Of a DNA stretch of 20,000 bases, positions 7,432 through 14,991 are shown piece after piece. The stretch is from an uncultured virus (IMG/VR IMGVR_UViG_3300044846_004358) (taxonomy: Duplodnaviria; Heunggongvirae; Uroviricota; Caudoviricetes), in IMG/VR virus record IMGVR_UViG_3300044846_004358; one strand, given 5' to 3'. Both the position numbers and the translations under genes were made by a program. The notes beneath the pieces were generated by a model. It ran no database searches. It saw only the letters and a list, made by a program, of their open reading frames with translations, and was not told the origin of the DNA. Within the stretch, counting starts at the first letter, position 1, and the number at the start of each line of letters is the position of its first letter.

Positions 7432-8229
7432 TTATTCATAGTTCTTCCAAAGAGTTTCAGTTTTGGTTTTAGGTTTATGGTTACCATCAACAGTTTTTAC
7501 ATCAAAATGAACTTTAATAAATCCATTATCAGTCAATCTATCATATAATTCACAATCATATCCACTAATCAATATCTTAGCTTTGGAATCAATAACAGAA
7601 TCGAGAAACTTAATATGTCCATCTCTATCCATATCTTCCTTATATCTCGCATTTGTTCTGGTTGATTGTTCATAAGGGGGGTCAGCATAAATGAAACAAT
7701 TTGGATATTCCTTATATTTTTCAATCAACTTTATTCCATTAGTGTTTAACATAATTACTTTTGACAATCTATCGTGTAATTCAGGTAATCTATCAATTGC
7801 AGACAAAAAATCTGAAGTTGATTTACTCATCTTCCTTCTTACTATGTTGCTGATTGTAATTCCACCCACACCATTATGTGATGTTCTGTTTACATAAAAA
7901 AAGTAAAATGCTCTATCCAAAGTGGTTAAGTCACCTTTCAACTTATCTTTGAATTCCTTCCTTAAATCTTCGGAGAAATGAGTTAAATCACATTTGAACT
8001 TGAACTCATCGAATAAATCTTTATCCGACAAAACTTTATAAAGGGAATAAACATTTTGTTCTATATCATTGTAAATCTCAATTTCAGTTTCAGGTTTTTT
8101 CAATCCTATTGAGAAGGAACCACCGAATGGTTCTAAATAAATGTTAAAGTCATTTTGGTTGGGGAAGTGTTCTATAATATTGTTAAACATTGTTCCTTTT
8201 CCCCCGAAATATTTTATTGGTGTATTCAT
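7432..8229 (-). CDS. DNA adenine methyltransferase, Dam/D12 class (alpha group)
   Basis: PIKYFGGKG, YLEPFGGS, EIYND, FIYADPPY, ILISGY, TETLWKNY. Confidence 0.93.
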   Translation of the reverse strand: MNTPIKYFGGKGTMFNNIIEHFPNQNDFNIYLEPFGGSFSIGLKKPETEIEIYNDIEQNVYSLYKVLSDKDLFDEFKFKCDLTHFSEDLRKEFKDKLKGDLTTLDRAFYFFYVNRTSHNGVGGITISNIVRRKMSKSTSDFLSAIDRLPELHDRLSKVIMLNTNGIKLIEKYKEYPNCFIYADPPYEQSTRTNARYKEDMDRDGHIKFLDSVIDSKAKILISGYDCELYDRLTDNGFIKVHFDVKTVDGNHKPKTKTETLWKNYE

Positions 8230-8471
8230 TTATTCTCTAATTGATTGATGTGGTGTTGAAGATACCATAAAGCTTTCTTTAGGTCTTCTAATTCTTTTGA
8301 TTGGTCTTTCTTACCCGCCCTACTGATATACTTTACAGTATTACCCAAGGCAAATCCTAATGACCAGGCATCTATCACCTTTATCGCTTCATAAACATTA
8401 TCAGCGCCTCCATAATGAGAAGGGTGATTAACACTTTCTTTCTTTTCCCAAGTTTTGATTACGGTCTCCAT
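8226..8471 (-). CDS. DUF3310 family protein
   Basis: VNHPSHY...EAIKVI...FALGNTVKYISRAGKK...EDLKKALWYL signature. Confidence 0.92.
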   Translation of the reverse strand: METVIKTWEKKESVNHPSHYGGADNVYEAIKVIDAWSLGFALGNTVKYISRAGKKDQSKELEDLKKALWYLQHHINQLENK

Positions 8472-8665
8472 TTTTGATTTTCTATTTTATTTTCATTCAT
8501 ATTTTTTCCCATCCTTTCATAATCCTGAATAAGTTGTTCAACGATTTTATCTAAAACATCGTTTCCTTCTTCTTTTTGAGATAGGTAATGTGATAGGTGG
8601 ACATCTTTCGTTTCTTTCCACCCCTTTGTGTTGGTTAGAGTTACTCTTAGTTTTAGTGATTCCAT
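8459..8665 (-). CDS. Hypothetical protein (68 aa)
   Basis: ORF on the operon strand, overlapping the DUF3310 start by 13 nt. Confidence 0.7.
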   Translation of the reverse strand: MESLKLRVTLTNTKGWKETKDVHLSHYLSQKEEGNDVLDKIVEQLIQDYERMGKNMNENKIENQKWRP

Positions 8666-8688
8666 ATTAGTATTTTGATTTTGACAAT

Positions 8689-8721
8689 AAAAAAAGGTTC
8701 TAACTTTTGGTCAGAACCTTT
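8689..8721 (-). terminator. Intrinsic terminator after the lipoprotein gene
   Basis: Minus strand aaaggttctgac-caaaa-gttagaacc followed by a T7 tract. Confidence 0.8.
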
Positions 8722-8741
8722 CTCATTTAGATTTTAATTTC

Positions 8742-10004
8742 TTAGAATCCCAATAATACATTTGCTTGTTCTGCCCAAGTCCAATTGAGTGCAGTTTTGT
8801 TAGCACCAATTGTTCTAGTTGTAACAGAAGTAGCAAAGGTACTAGTACCATTTTTGAAAACACTACTCAATGTTACATTTGTAGGAAGTATAACTTGTAA
8901 GTTTGAGAAAGTCAAAACTCCATTAGTTAAATTATCTGTTGAACAAGTAGAATTTGTTGGATTAGATATTGATAAGTCACCTCTACCCGCAGTTGCTGGG
9001 TCAACAAAATCAAAGAAGAAAATGTTTTCGAATGTTCCTCTTGGACAAGCTCTGAAGTCACCCAATTCCGCTTCAGGACTTCCTTTGATTGAACCATTTC
9101 TTAATGTGTGTGAAGCCATTAAAGTACCTTCAGGTCCATCAATTTCTAAAGCATGGTCAGTTGCACTACCACAGATTACAATAAAGTTATTTAATGTTCC
9201 AGCCCAAGCTTGGTCTGTATCAATAGCATCATCACCTGAAAACCATACAAGAAGATTAGATACATTTACAGTTCCACCAAAGAACTCAATACCATCATCT
9301 TGATTACCAACGATTTCAATATTCTCAATTGTTGTTCCATTACCAACACCACCCAAAGTTAAACCATTAATTTCATTACCATTTCCAATGTTAGCACCTC
9401 CGTGACGAATTGAAACATATTTCATAACACCAGAGTTATCACTAACATCGTTTCCACCATATAAACCATTAGGGTCAGTAGTTGGAATGCCTTCGATTTG
9501 GATTTCATTGGCTGAAGCTGAGATTGGTGCTTTTCCTAATATAATAACACCACCCCATAATCCCTGTGTTGCGGGGTCAAGGTTTGGACTAATGAAAAGT
9601 CCAGCACCTACTTGTTCAGGTGTAATTTCATCTGCAACAGATGTGAAGATAATAGGTTTAGTTGGTGTACCAACAGCATTGATTTTACCACCTCTTGCAA
9701 CTAATAAAGCTGTTGCGTTTGCTCCTGTACCTGCTTGACCTTTGATAACTGTACCTGGTTCTATTGTTAGTGTAACACCATCCAATACCGTGATTCTTCC
9801 TCCCAACTCATAAACATTGTCCGCAGTCCAAGTTGTGTTAGAACTAATGTTTGATGATATTACAACATTAGTTGTTGCTCCTTGACAAGTTCCATCAACA
9901 CAAACTTGACCATTTGGACATACTGTATCAGCACAAGAATCTTTTTGTTTACAAGATTGTAAACTTGCTAATACAACGAAAAATAAAATAAAAAGTTTTT
10001 TCAT
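8742..10004 (-). CDS. Bacteroidota-type secreted lipoprotein with beta-helix-like repeats and an N-terminal EGF-like Cys motif
   Basis: Signal peptide II with lipobox LQS-C; C-x4-C-x5-C-x4-C; then LTIEPGTVIKG, PIIFTS, WGGVIILGKAP, DNSGVMKYVSIRHGG, NEINGLTLGGVG, DDGIEFFGGTVN, DDAIDTD. Confidence 0.85.
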   Translation of the reverse strand: MKKLFILFFVVLASLQSCKQKDSCADTVCPNGQVCVDGTCQGATTNVVISSNISSNTTWTADNVYELGGRITVLDGVTLTIEPGTVIKGQAGTGANATALLVARGGKINAVGTPTKPIIFTSVADEITPEQVGAGLFISPNLDPATQGLWGGVIILGKAPISASANEIQIEGIPTTDPNGLYGGNDVSDNSGVMKYVSIRHGGANIGNGNEINGLTLGGVGNGTTIENIEIVGNQDDGIEFFGGTVNVSNLLVWFSGDDAIDTDQAWAGTLNNFIVICGSATDHALEIDGPEGTLMASHTLRNGSIKGSPEAELGDFRACPRGTFENIFFFDFVDPATAGRGDLSISNPTNSTCSTDNLTNGVLTFSNLQVILPTNVTLSSVFKNGTSTFATSVTTRTIGANKTALNWTWAEQANVLLGF

Positions 10005-10074
10005 AAAATTGTTTTATTGGTTTATTAACTTTTAATAATTAATTTAACACAACCAAATAATCCAATTTCCAATA

Positions 10075-10776
10075 TTACCTTATTGCTAAGTTTTTTGACT
10101 GAAAAATATACGACAATACCTTTCTTTTCATCAATGGTAACAAAGTTTCCTCGAATGGAACTTCTTTATCACAATGAATATAAAATGTTGGTAACTCATT
10201 TTCAGTTGATATAAGGTGAGTATAAAAGTTGGGGTCTTCAATTTGTTTGAAGGTTGTCTTATTTTCACCCTTATGTTTTCTAATATTGTACTCCCAAATG
10301 TCTATTAAATTACTAGATTTGGTATAGAAATAACCTTTCTTGGAAGTTAAATTATCTTCGTTTAATATAGATACAACTTCGATTGCATCATAAACTATTG
10401 TCCAAACAGATTTAATGATGTCAAAGTAATCTTGTAGTTTGGCATCACTATATTTTAATATCTTTATAAGTTCAGTTTCTTCGTGTATGGTTAAGATTGG
10501 TCTGTCCTTAGTTTTCAGGTCAGCAAGTGTTATCTCATCGTCAACATTGAGTAATGACTTATCTGTATATAATATTTGATTCTTTGATAATAGATTTCGA
10601 ATGTTTGCTAAATGGAGGGTAATTTCCGTGAACATTGGATAAACTTTCATTTCTTCCAATTGTTTGTTCAGTTTTTGGAAATAACCTAAGAGGACATATT
10701 CTTTTAATTCAGCGTCAATGACACCTTCGAATATCCAATCTGTACTCATAACAAACTTTAATTTATTCTTCTTCAT
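10075..10776 (-). CDS. Conserved hypothetical protein resembling a Bacteroidota chromosomal family
   Basis: W..EG.ID.E.K.YVLL.Y...YP and C-terminal P.EETLLP..KR pattern; ATG at 10776 preferred over TTG at 10782. Confidence 0.75.
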   Translation of the reverse strand: MKKNKLKFVMSTDWIFEGVIDAELKEYVLLGYFQKLNKQLEEMKVYPMFTEITLHLANIRNLLSKNQILYTDKSLLNVDDEITLADLKTKDRPILTIHEETELIKILKYSDAKLQDYFDIIKSVWTIVYDAIEVVSILNEDNLTSKKGYFYTKSSNLIDIWEYNIRKHKGENKTTFKQIEDPNFYTHLISTENELPTFYIHCDKEVPFEETLLPLMKRKVLSYIFQSKNLAIR

Positions 10777-10811
10777 ACTCAAAATATAATTAAAGTTTTA
10801 TCTAAAATAAA

Positions 10812-12164
10812 CTAGTTCATTCTCATTATGACAAAAGTATATTTCTTCCCATCAGGTGTTGTTACTGTTCGTTCATCGTAATTTCCATCATAAGAAGCCA
10901 TAACACCCAAACCATCACTATCAACTATATCTCGGGCAACACCTTTCAAATTAACCCAATCATTTAATTCATAACCCATTTCCTTCAACCAATCTATTTC
11001 ATCAGTGTTTCTTATATAGTAATCGACTTTTTCGTCAATCATATCATCAGTTGGTTCTGTATCTGGTTCTATACTATCTAATTCTTCTTGAAATCCCCCA
11101 ATTTCTGTTTCCAAATCAGCTATTTCATCTTCATTTTCCGTGTTTTCTAATTTTTCTCTCAATCCTTCAATTTCAATTTCCAATCTTTCTTTTCTCTCTT
11201 CTTGTTCATCAGTTAATTGGTAATCATCATCATCAAAATAAACTTCAGGGTTGTCAGTAATGTCGTCTCTATAAAACTCCTCCATATATTCTCTAACTCG
11301 ACCTTTGTCAATATTATCTTCAATTAGTCCCCTACTAATTCCATCAATACCAATATCCTCAATCAATTGTTCTTGATTCTCAACTGCCGCTTCATACACA
11401 TCATCCCAATAACCAACAACATATTCTTGACCCCTCAAACCAATAACCTCGAAATTGTTAAGGTCACCATATGAACGATAAGATTGTGGTATAAGATAAT
11501 ATACATCAGCAACACCCTCTTGTAATTCTTCAATTTCATTTTCTAAGTCAGTAATCCTATCATATATTTCTTCCCTTTCTTCAGAGTCCATATCCAACCC
11601 TTTACCTTCTTCAATTAACCTTTCAATTTCTTCCTTCTTAGTTTTTATTTCATTCTTGGTTTCTTCATCCATCTCATCCAAATCACCCTTATAAACCAAA
11701 TAATCAAACAAAGCATTTGCCGCCAATCCTTCATCATCAATCTTTGGATTATCCAAGTCCCATTCACCATCTTGTCTCCTCTCATCAGCATCAGCCAATT
11801 TAGCCAACTCCTCTCTTCTAATTCTCATTTTTTCAATTGGTGTATTATAATCACTTACATATCCTTTAACTATAGTATTACCCAAACTACTAATTTGTGT
11901 ACTACTAATATTTAATCTTCCAGTAATAACGGCAACATTTCCCAAGTCTTTTATTGGAGTTCCACTTAAATTAACATCTCCAACGACATATAATGGTTTT
12001 CCACCAAACTTTTTAATACCAGTAACCTTTGAGTTATATGAAGCTAACTTCAATAGTTCCTCATATTGTTTACCAGTCATCTCATAATATTCACCCTCAT
12101 TTTGTTCTTTAAGGATTTTAATTAGGTTTTTTGCCTGACTTTCGGCTATAATAATTTTTTTCAT
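10812..12164 (-). CDS. Very acidic 450-aa protein with N-terminal leader, short LRR-like segment and two coiled-coil regions; candidate virion/internal protein
   Basis: Leader MKKIIIAESQAKNLIKILKE; VVGDVNLSGTPIKDLGNV/ITGRLNISSTQISSLGN repeats; two E/D-rich heptad segments. Confidence 0.8.
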   Translation of the reverse strand: MKKIIIAESQAKNLIKILKEQNEGEYYEMTGKQYEELLKLASYNSKVTGIKKFGGKPLYVVGDVNLSGTPIKDLGNVAVITGRLNISSTQISSLGNTIVKGYVSDYNTPIEKMRIRREELAKLADADERRQDGEWDLDNPKIDDEGLAANALFDYLVYKGDLDEMDEETKNEIKTKKEEIERLIEEGKGLDMDSEEREEIYDRITDLENEIEELQEGVADVYYLIPQSYRSYGDLNNFEVIGLRGQEYVVGYWDDVYEAAVENQEQLIEDIGIDGISRGLIEDNIDKGRVREYMEEFYRDDITDNPEVYFDDDDYQLTDEQEERKERLEIEIEGLREKLENTENEDEIADLETEIGGFQEELDSIEPDTEPTDDMIDEKVDYYIRNTDEIDWLKEMGYELNDWVNLKGVARDIVDSDGLGVMASYDGNYDERTVTTPDGKKYTFVIMRMN

Positions 12165-12193
12165 ATTGTCAAATAAGGTTTTATTTACATAAT

Positions 12194-12214
12194 ATAAATA
12201 CTTAAGATATTTAT
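12194..12214. promoter_or_regulatory. Back-to-back TATTTAT motifs (putative divergent phage promoters)
   Basis: Minus-strand GTATTTAT (12194-12201) faces ORF 10812-12164; plus-strand GATATTTAT (12206-12214) faces ORF 12256-12408. Confidence 0.55.
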
Positions 12215-12255
12215 TAATGAAGTTGACTTCATAAATTAATTAAACTGATAATGAC

Positions 12256-12408
12256 ATGGGATGTGGATGCAAAAACAAACCACAAGGTCAACCAGCCCCT
12301 TCAACACCACCACCTGCTAGTAACCAAACTAGTCAGAGACAGGTGACTAACAACAACATTCAAGAATCAATCAAAAAGGTTGTTGAGAAGTACTACAACA
12401 AAAGATAA
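12256..12408 (+). CDS. Small protein with MGCGCK N-terminus (50 aa)
   Basis: Hand-translated MGCGCKNKPQGQPAPSTPPPASNQTSQRQVTNNNIQESIKKVVEKYYNKR*; preceded by the promoter-like motif and followed by a terminator. Confidence 0.8.
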   Translation: MGCGCKNKPQGQPAPSTPPPASNQTSQRQVTNNNIQESIKKVVEKYYNKR

Positions 12409-12436
12409 CTTCACTGAAGGGAAGGTACGAACTTTG

Positions 12437-12463
12437 AAGGGGACAATCAATGTCCCTTTTTTT
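12437..12463 (+). terminator. Intrinsic terminator
   Basis: aaggggaca-atcaa-tgtccc followed by a T7 tract. Confidence 0.8.
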
Positions 12464-12498
12464 ATTTTTACTATTTAAGATAATAATTTTTTTGTTTA

Positions 12499-12506
12499 TA
12501 CATTTG
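12499..12506 (+). promoter_or_regulatory. Bacteroidota -7 element upstream of the MetK-like gene
   Basis: TACATTTG (TAnnTTTG) 11 nt before ATG 12518; the -33 element is only a weak TTTA. Confidence 0.5.
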
Positions 12507-12517
12507 ATAAAAAAATT

Positions 12518-13348
12518 ATGAAGTATATTAATAGATTATCAAAAGAAGGTTTTGTAAACCTATTCGCTGACTTTATTGTCAAAAATGTAAACCCAAACTT
12601 TACCTCAAGATTTCAAGTTGTTGATTTTAAATCATTCTTGGTTGTTTATGGTGCAACAAACTCAGATGAAGTTTTAGATTTAAATAAGTTAAGAGATTTA
12701 TTTGTTGAAAAGAATCCTGATTTATTAACCTATCTTAATCTTAAACATATCAATATAATTGATTTAATAGATTATAGAGAACCGCTTTCCCCAAACGAAT
12801 ATTACTTTGAATATCATAAAAGTGATAGACCTATTTTCCACCAACAGGTAATCAATGAAGTTAATAGAGATAGTAAAAATGATTACAACAAAGAGTTCCT
12901 AAATAATATTAACTTTACAGACAAATTGGAACTAGAGTTCTATTCCCCATTCATCCCTGAGAACCTTAAAATATTCAACACAACGAACTTTCTTTCTGTT
13001 TCCTCATCATTCCCTTATGGATATAGCTTAAACCTTGGTAGAAGAGAATTATATTATGGTGAACATATTTGCAATCAATTATTTAACTTACTTGAAACTG
13101 ATAAAATTACATTTAAGTATTCTTCAGTTATTAACAATGAGGATGATTTTAACATTGAGGTAACTTGTGATTCGATTTATACACCAGAGAAAATTAAGTC
13201 ATTAATATTAGATGTATTTGATTTCAACTTAAACAAGTTTGCAAATGACTATATTAAAGATTATGATGTTGAAAGAGATATTGATAATCAACTAAATGAG
13301 AAACCTTGGTTAGTTAAAGATAGAATGAAAGATTTGGTTATATTCTAA
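12518..13348 (+). CDS. Degenerate S-adenosylmethionine synthetase (MetK/MAT)-like protein, probably catalytically inactive
   Basis: Manual alignment to E. coli MetK: [31 protein letters not shown] vs [63 protein letters not shown] vs [45 protein letters not shown] vs EQLTLLVREFFDL; KPWLVKD vs FPWEKTD. The CDS itself is certain; the fold call is inferred. Confidence 0.65.
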   Translation: [276 protein letters not shown]

Positions 13349-13351
13349 ATG

Positions 13352-13380
13352 AAAATGTCCCCTAATATTGGGGACATTTT
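13352..13380. terminator. Bidirectional intrinsic terminator between convergent genes
   Basis: aaaatgtcccc-taatatt-ggggacatttt, an 11-bp perfect inverted repeat with A/T tails on both sides. Confidence 0.85.
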
Positions 13381-13668
13381 TTATTGTAAGAACTTTTTGA
13401 TAATTTCCAATCCTTCTTCTAATTCGTTGAAATCCTCTTCAGGTGCAAATAACATTGGTATGGGTTCGTCACTCTCGGATTCATCTACCAACATAAATGC
13501 TGGAACAAAATCTTTTCCTGTTAATTCGACAAACATATCAAACTCGTCACTATATTCATCGATATCTCTATCATAGAACTCAATGCCATTTTGAACTAAT
13601 AAATCTTTGAAGTCCGTACAGTGGGGACAACCTTTCATTGTATATACTATTACTAGTTTGTTATCCAT
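13381..13668 (-). CDS. Glutaredoxin-like protein (NrdH/Grx)
   Basis: VIVYTMKGCPHC active site; TGKDFVP with the cis-Pro motif. Confidence 0.9.
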   Translation of the reverse strand: MDNKLVIVYTMKGCPHCTDFKDLLVQNGIEFYDRDIDEYSDEFDMFVELTGKDFVPAFMLVDESESDEPIPMLFAPEEDFNELEEGLEIIKKFLQ

Positions 13669-13969
13669 TGATGATGTTATTTATAACTCCTTTTAATTCT
13701 GACTCACTAAGAATACCTGATTTAGAATAAACTTCACCACCATTACTAAAAGCTTTAATGGTTGGTACTGCACGAATACCCAACTCAACAGCATATTCAC
13801 CATTATGTTCAACATTCATTGTATACATAGGTACTTCAGAACTCTCGGCAACTTTATCAAAGGTGGGTTTAAACATCTTGCACGGCATACACCAGCTGGC
13901 CCAAAAGTCAATAATAACTTGTTCACCTGATTCAATTTTTGATTTTAATTCTTCACTTGTGATTTCCAT
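13661..13969 (-). CDS. trxA: Thioredoxin
   Basis: VIIDFWASWCMPCK, GIRAVPT; start placed at MEITSEEL (13969) to avoid overlapping the endonuclease. Confidence 0.92.
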   Translation of the reverse strand: MEITSEELKSKIESGEQVIIDFWASWCMPCKMFKPTFDKVAESSEVPMYTMNVEHNGEYAVELGIRAVPTIKAFSNGGEVYSKSGILSESELKGVINNIING

Positions 13970-13980
13970 TTTTTTGTTTT

Positions 13981-14631
13981 TTAATCTTTCCATCTAGTTC
14001 CAGCTTTTATACTATATATTGTTCTAATATGAACTTCAGGATATTGTTTATTTATTTCGCTTGGCTTAACATTTTCACTTATTAATTTTTTAATACCATT
14101 AATAGTTTCAATACTGGTTTTAGATTTACTTCGTTTAATGTTTCTTATTTTTTCAATAACTTTTAACTTTTCTTCTTCATTCAAATTTTTAGACCAACCC
14201 GCTTGTTTTCTCTTATTTTTTTCTTCTTGTGCTCTATCTCCATAAATCTCTTCATAAGTTTTACCTTTATGTGATTTACCATCTTTAACCGCATTAGATA
14301 TCTTCATTCTTATTTCAGGTGAGTGTTTATAACCTAAACATCCCTCTCCTCCTACTGTAGAGTTTAATCCTTCCTCAAAACTATTGTGTTCCTTAATAAC
14401 TTCAACCTCTCTATTATATATAACATCCAATGAACATTCTTCAATCAACTCAATTGTAAACTTTTCAACACCATACTTTCTAACATTATTACATAATTTT
14501 GTATTGATGTTAGTTTTCAGACATCTGTAACAATGTTCTTCAAATCTATGTTTTAGTGTATTAATCGTACAACCAATATAAACTTTATTGTTTTCGGTGT
14601 TTGTAATTTTATATATTTTTCCGTTTTCCAT
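13981..14631 (-). CDS. Free-standing GIY-YIG homing endonuclease with NUMOD3-like segment and C-terminal HTH
   Basis: GKIYKITN...VYIGCT, RFEEH, REVEVI, GLNSTVGGEG, GYKHSPEIRMKIS (NUMOD3-like), HKGKTYEEIYG, C-terminal RTIYSIKAGTRW. Confidence 0.93.
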   Translation of the reverse strand: MENGKIYKITNTENNKVYIGCTINTLKHRFEEHCYRCLKTNINTKLCNNVRKYGVEKFTIELIEECSLDVIYNREVEVIKEHNSFEEGLNSTVGGEGCLGYKHSPEIRMKISNAVKDGKSHKGKTYEEIYGDRAQEEKNKRKQAGWSKNLNEEEKLKVIEKIRNIKRSKSKTSIETINGIKKLISENVKPSEINKQYPEVHIRTIYSIKAGTRWKD

Positions 14632-14669
14632 ACAACTTAGTGTTTATTATAAATATCACTAAGTTGTAT
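14630..14669 (-). promoter_or_regulatory. 13-bp hairpin covering the endonuclease start region, with GATATTTAT in the loop
   Basis: Minus strand atacaacttagtg-atatttataataaa-cactaagttgtAT(G). Confidence 0.8.
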
Positions 14670-14679
14670 CAAAATTAAA

Positions 14680-14991
14680 TTATTTATTAAGTTTTATTAA
14701 GTTATGTAAAGTAAACTCCGCAACATTCAATCTATCTGTTGTGGTTAGAATAAATATATCTTCAACCCCTTTTATGTAAATAAGAATACCATTCGAATCG
14801 TATTCAACTAATCTATCCATCTCAACTATTTTTCCTTCCGCCACCTTCTTATTAACAAAAATCAAATGAGATTTACTTAAAAACTTATCCAAGTTTTCTT
14901 TAGAAATATTTTCATTTTTTATATATAATGAAGAGGGGATTTGTTTAAATCTTTCTTTGAATATATCATTAACTCTGTTTCTGTTTGTCAT
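14680..14991 (-). CDS. Hypothetical protein (103 aa)
   Basis: ORF overlapping the upstream stop by 4 nt (ATGA). Confidence 0.8.
   Translation of the reverse strand: MTNRNRVNDIFKERFKQIPSSLYIKNENISKENLDKFLSKSHLIFVNKKVAEGKIVEMDRLVEYDSNGILIYIKGVEDIFILTTTDRLNVAEFTLHNLIKLNK

Noticed and set aside
1..8229. Complete restriction-modification system
   Set aside because: No recognisable restriction endonuclease or specificity subunit next to any methyltransferase.
10005..10074. Pho-box-like TTAA repeats upstream of the lipoprotein gene
   Set aside because: The spacings (5, 7, 7 nt) do not show the 11-nt period expected; indistinguishable from AT-rich background.
13981..14669. Group I intron around the GIY-YIG gene
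   Set aside because: Flanking genes look complete, and the gaps (11 and 48 nt) are too short for an intron core.
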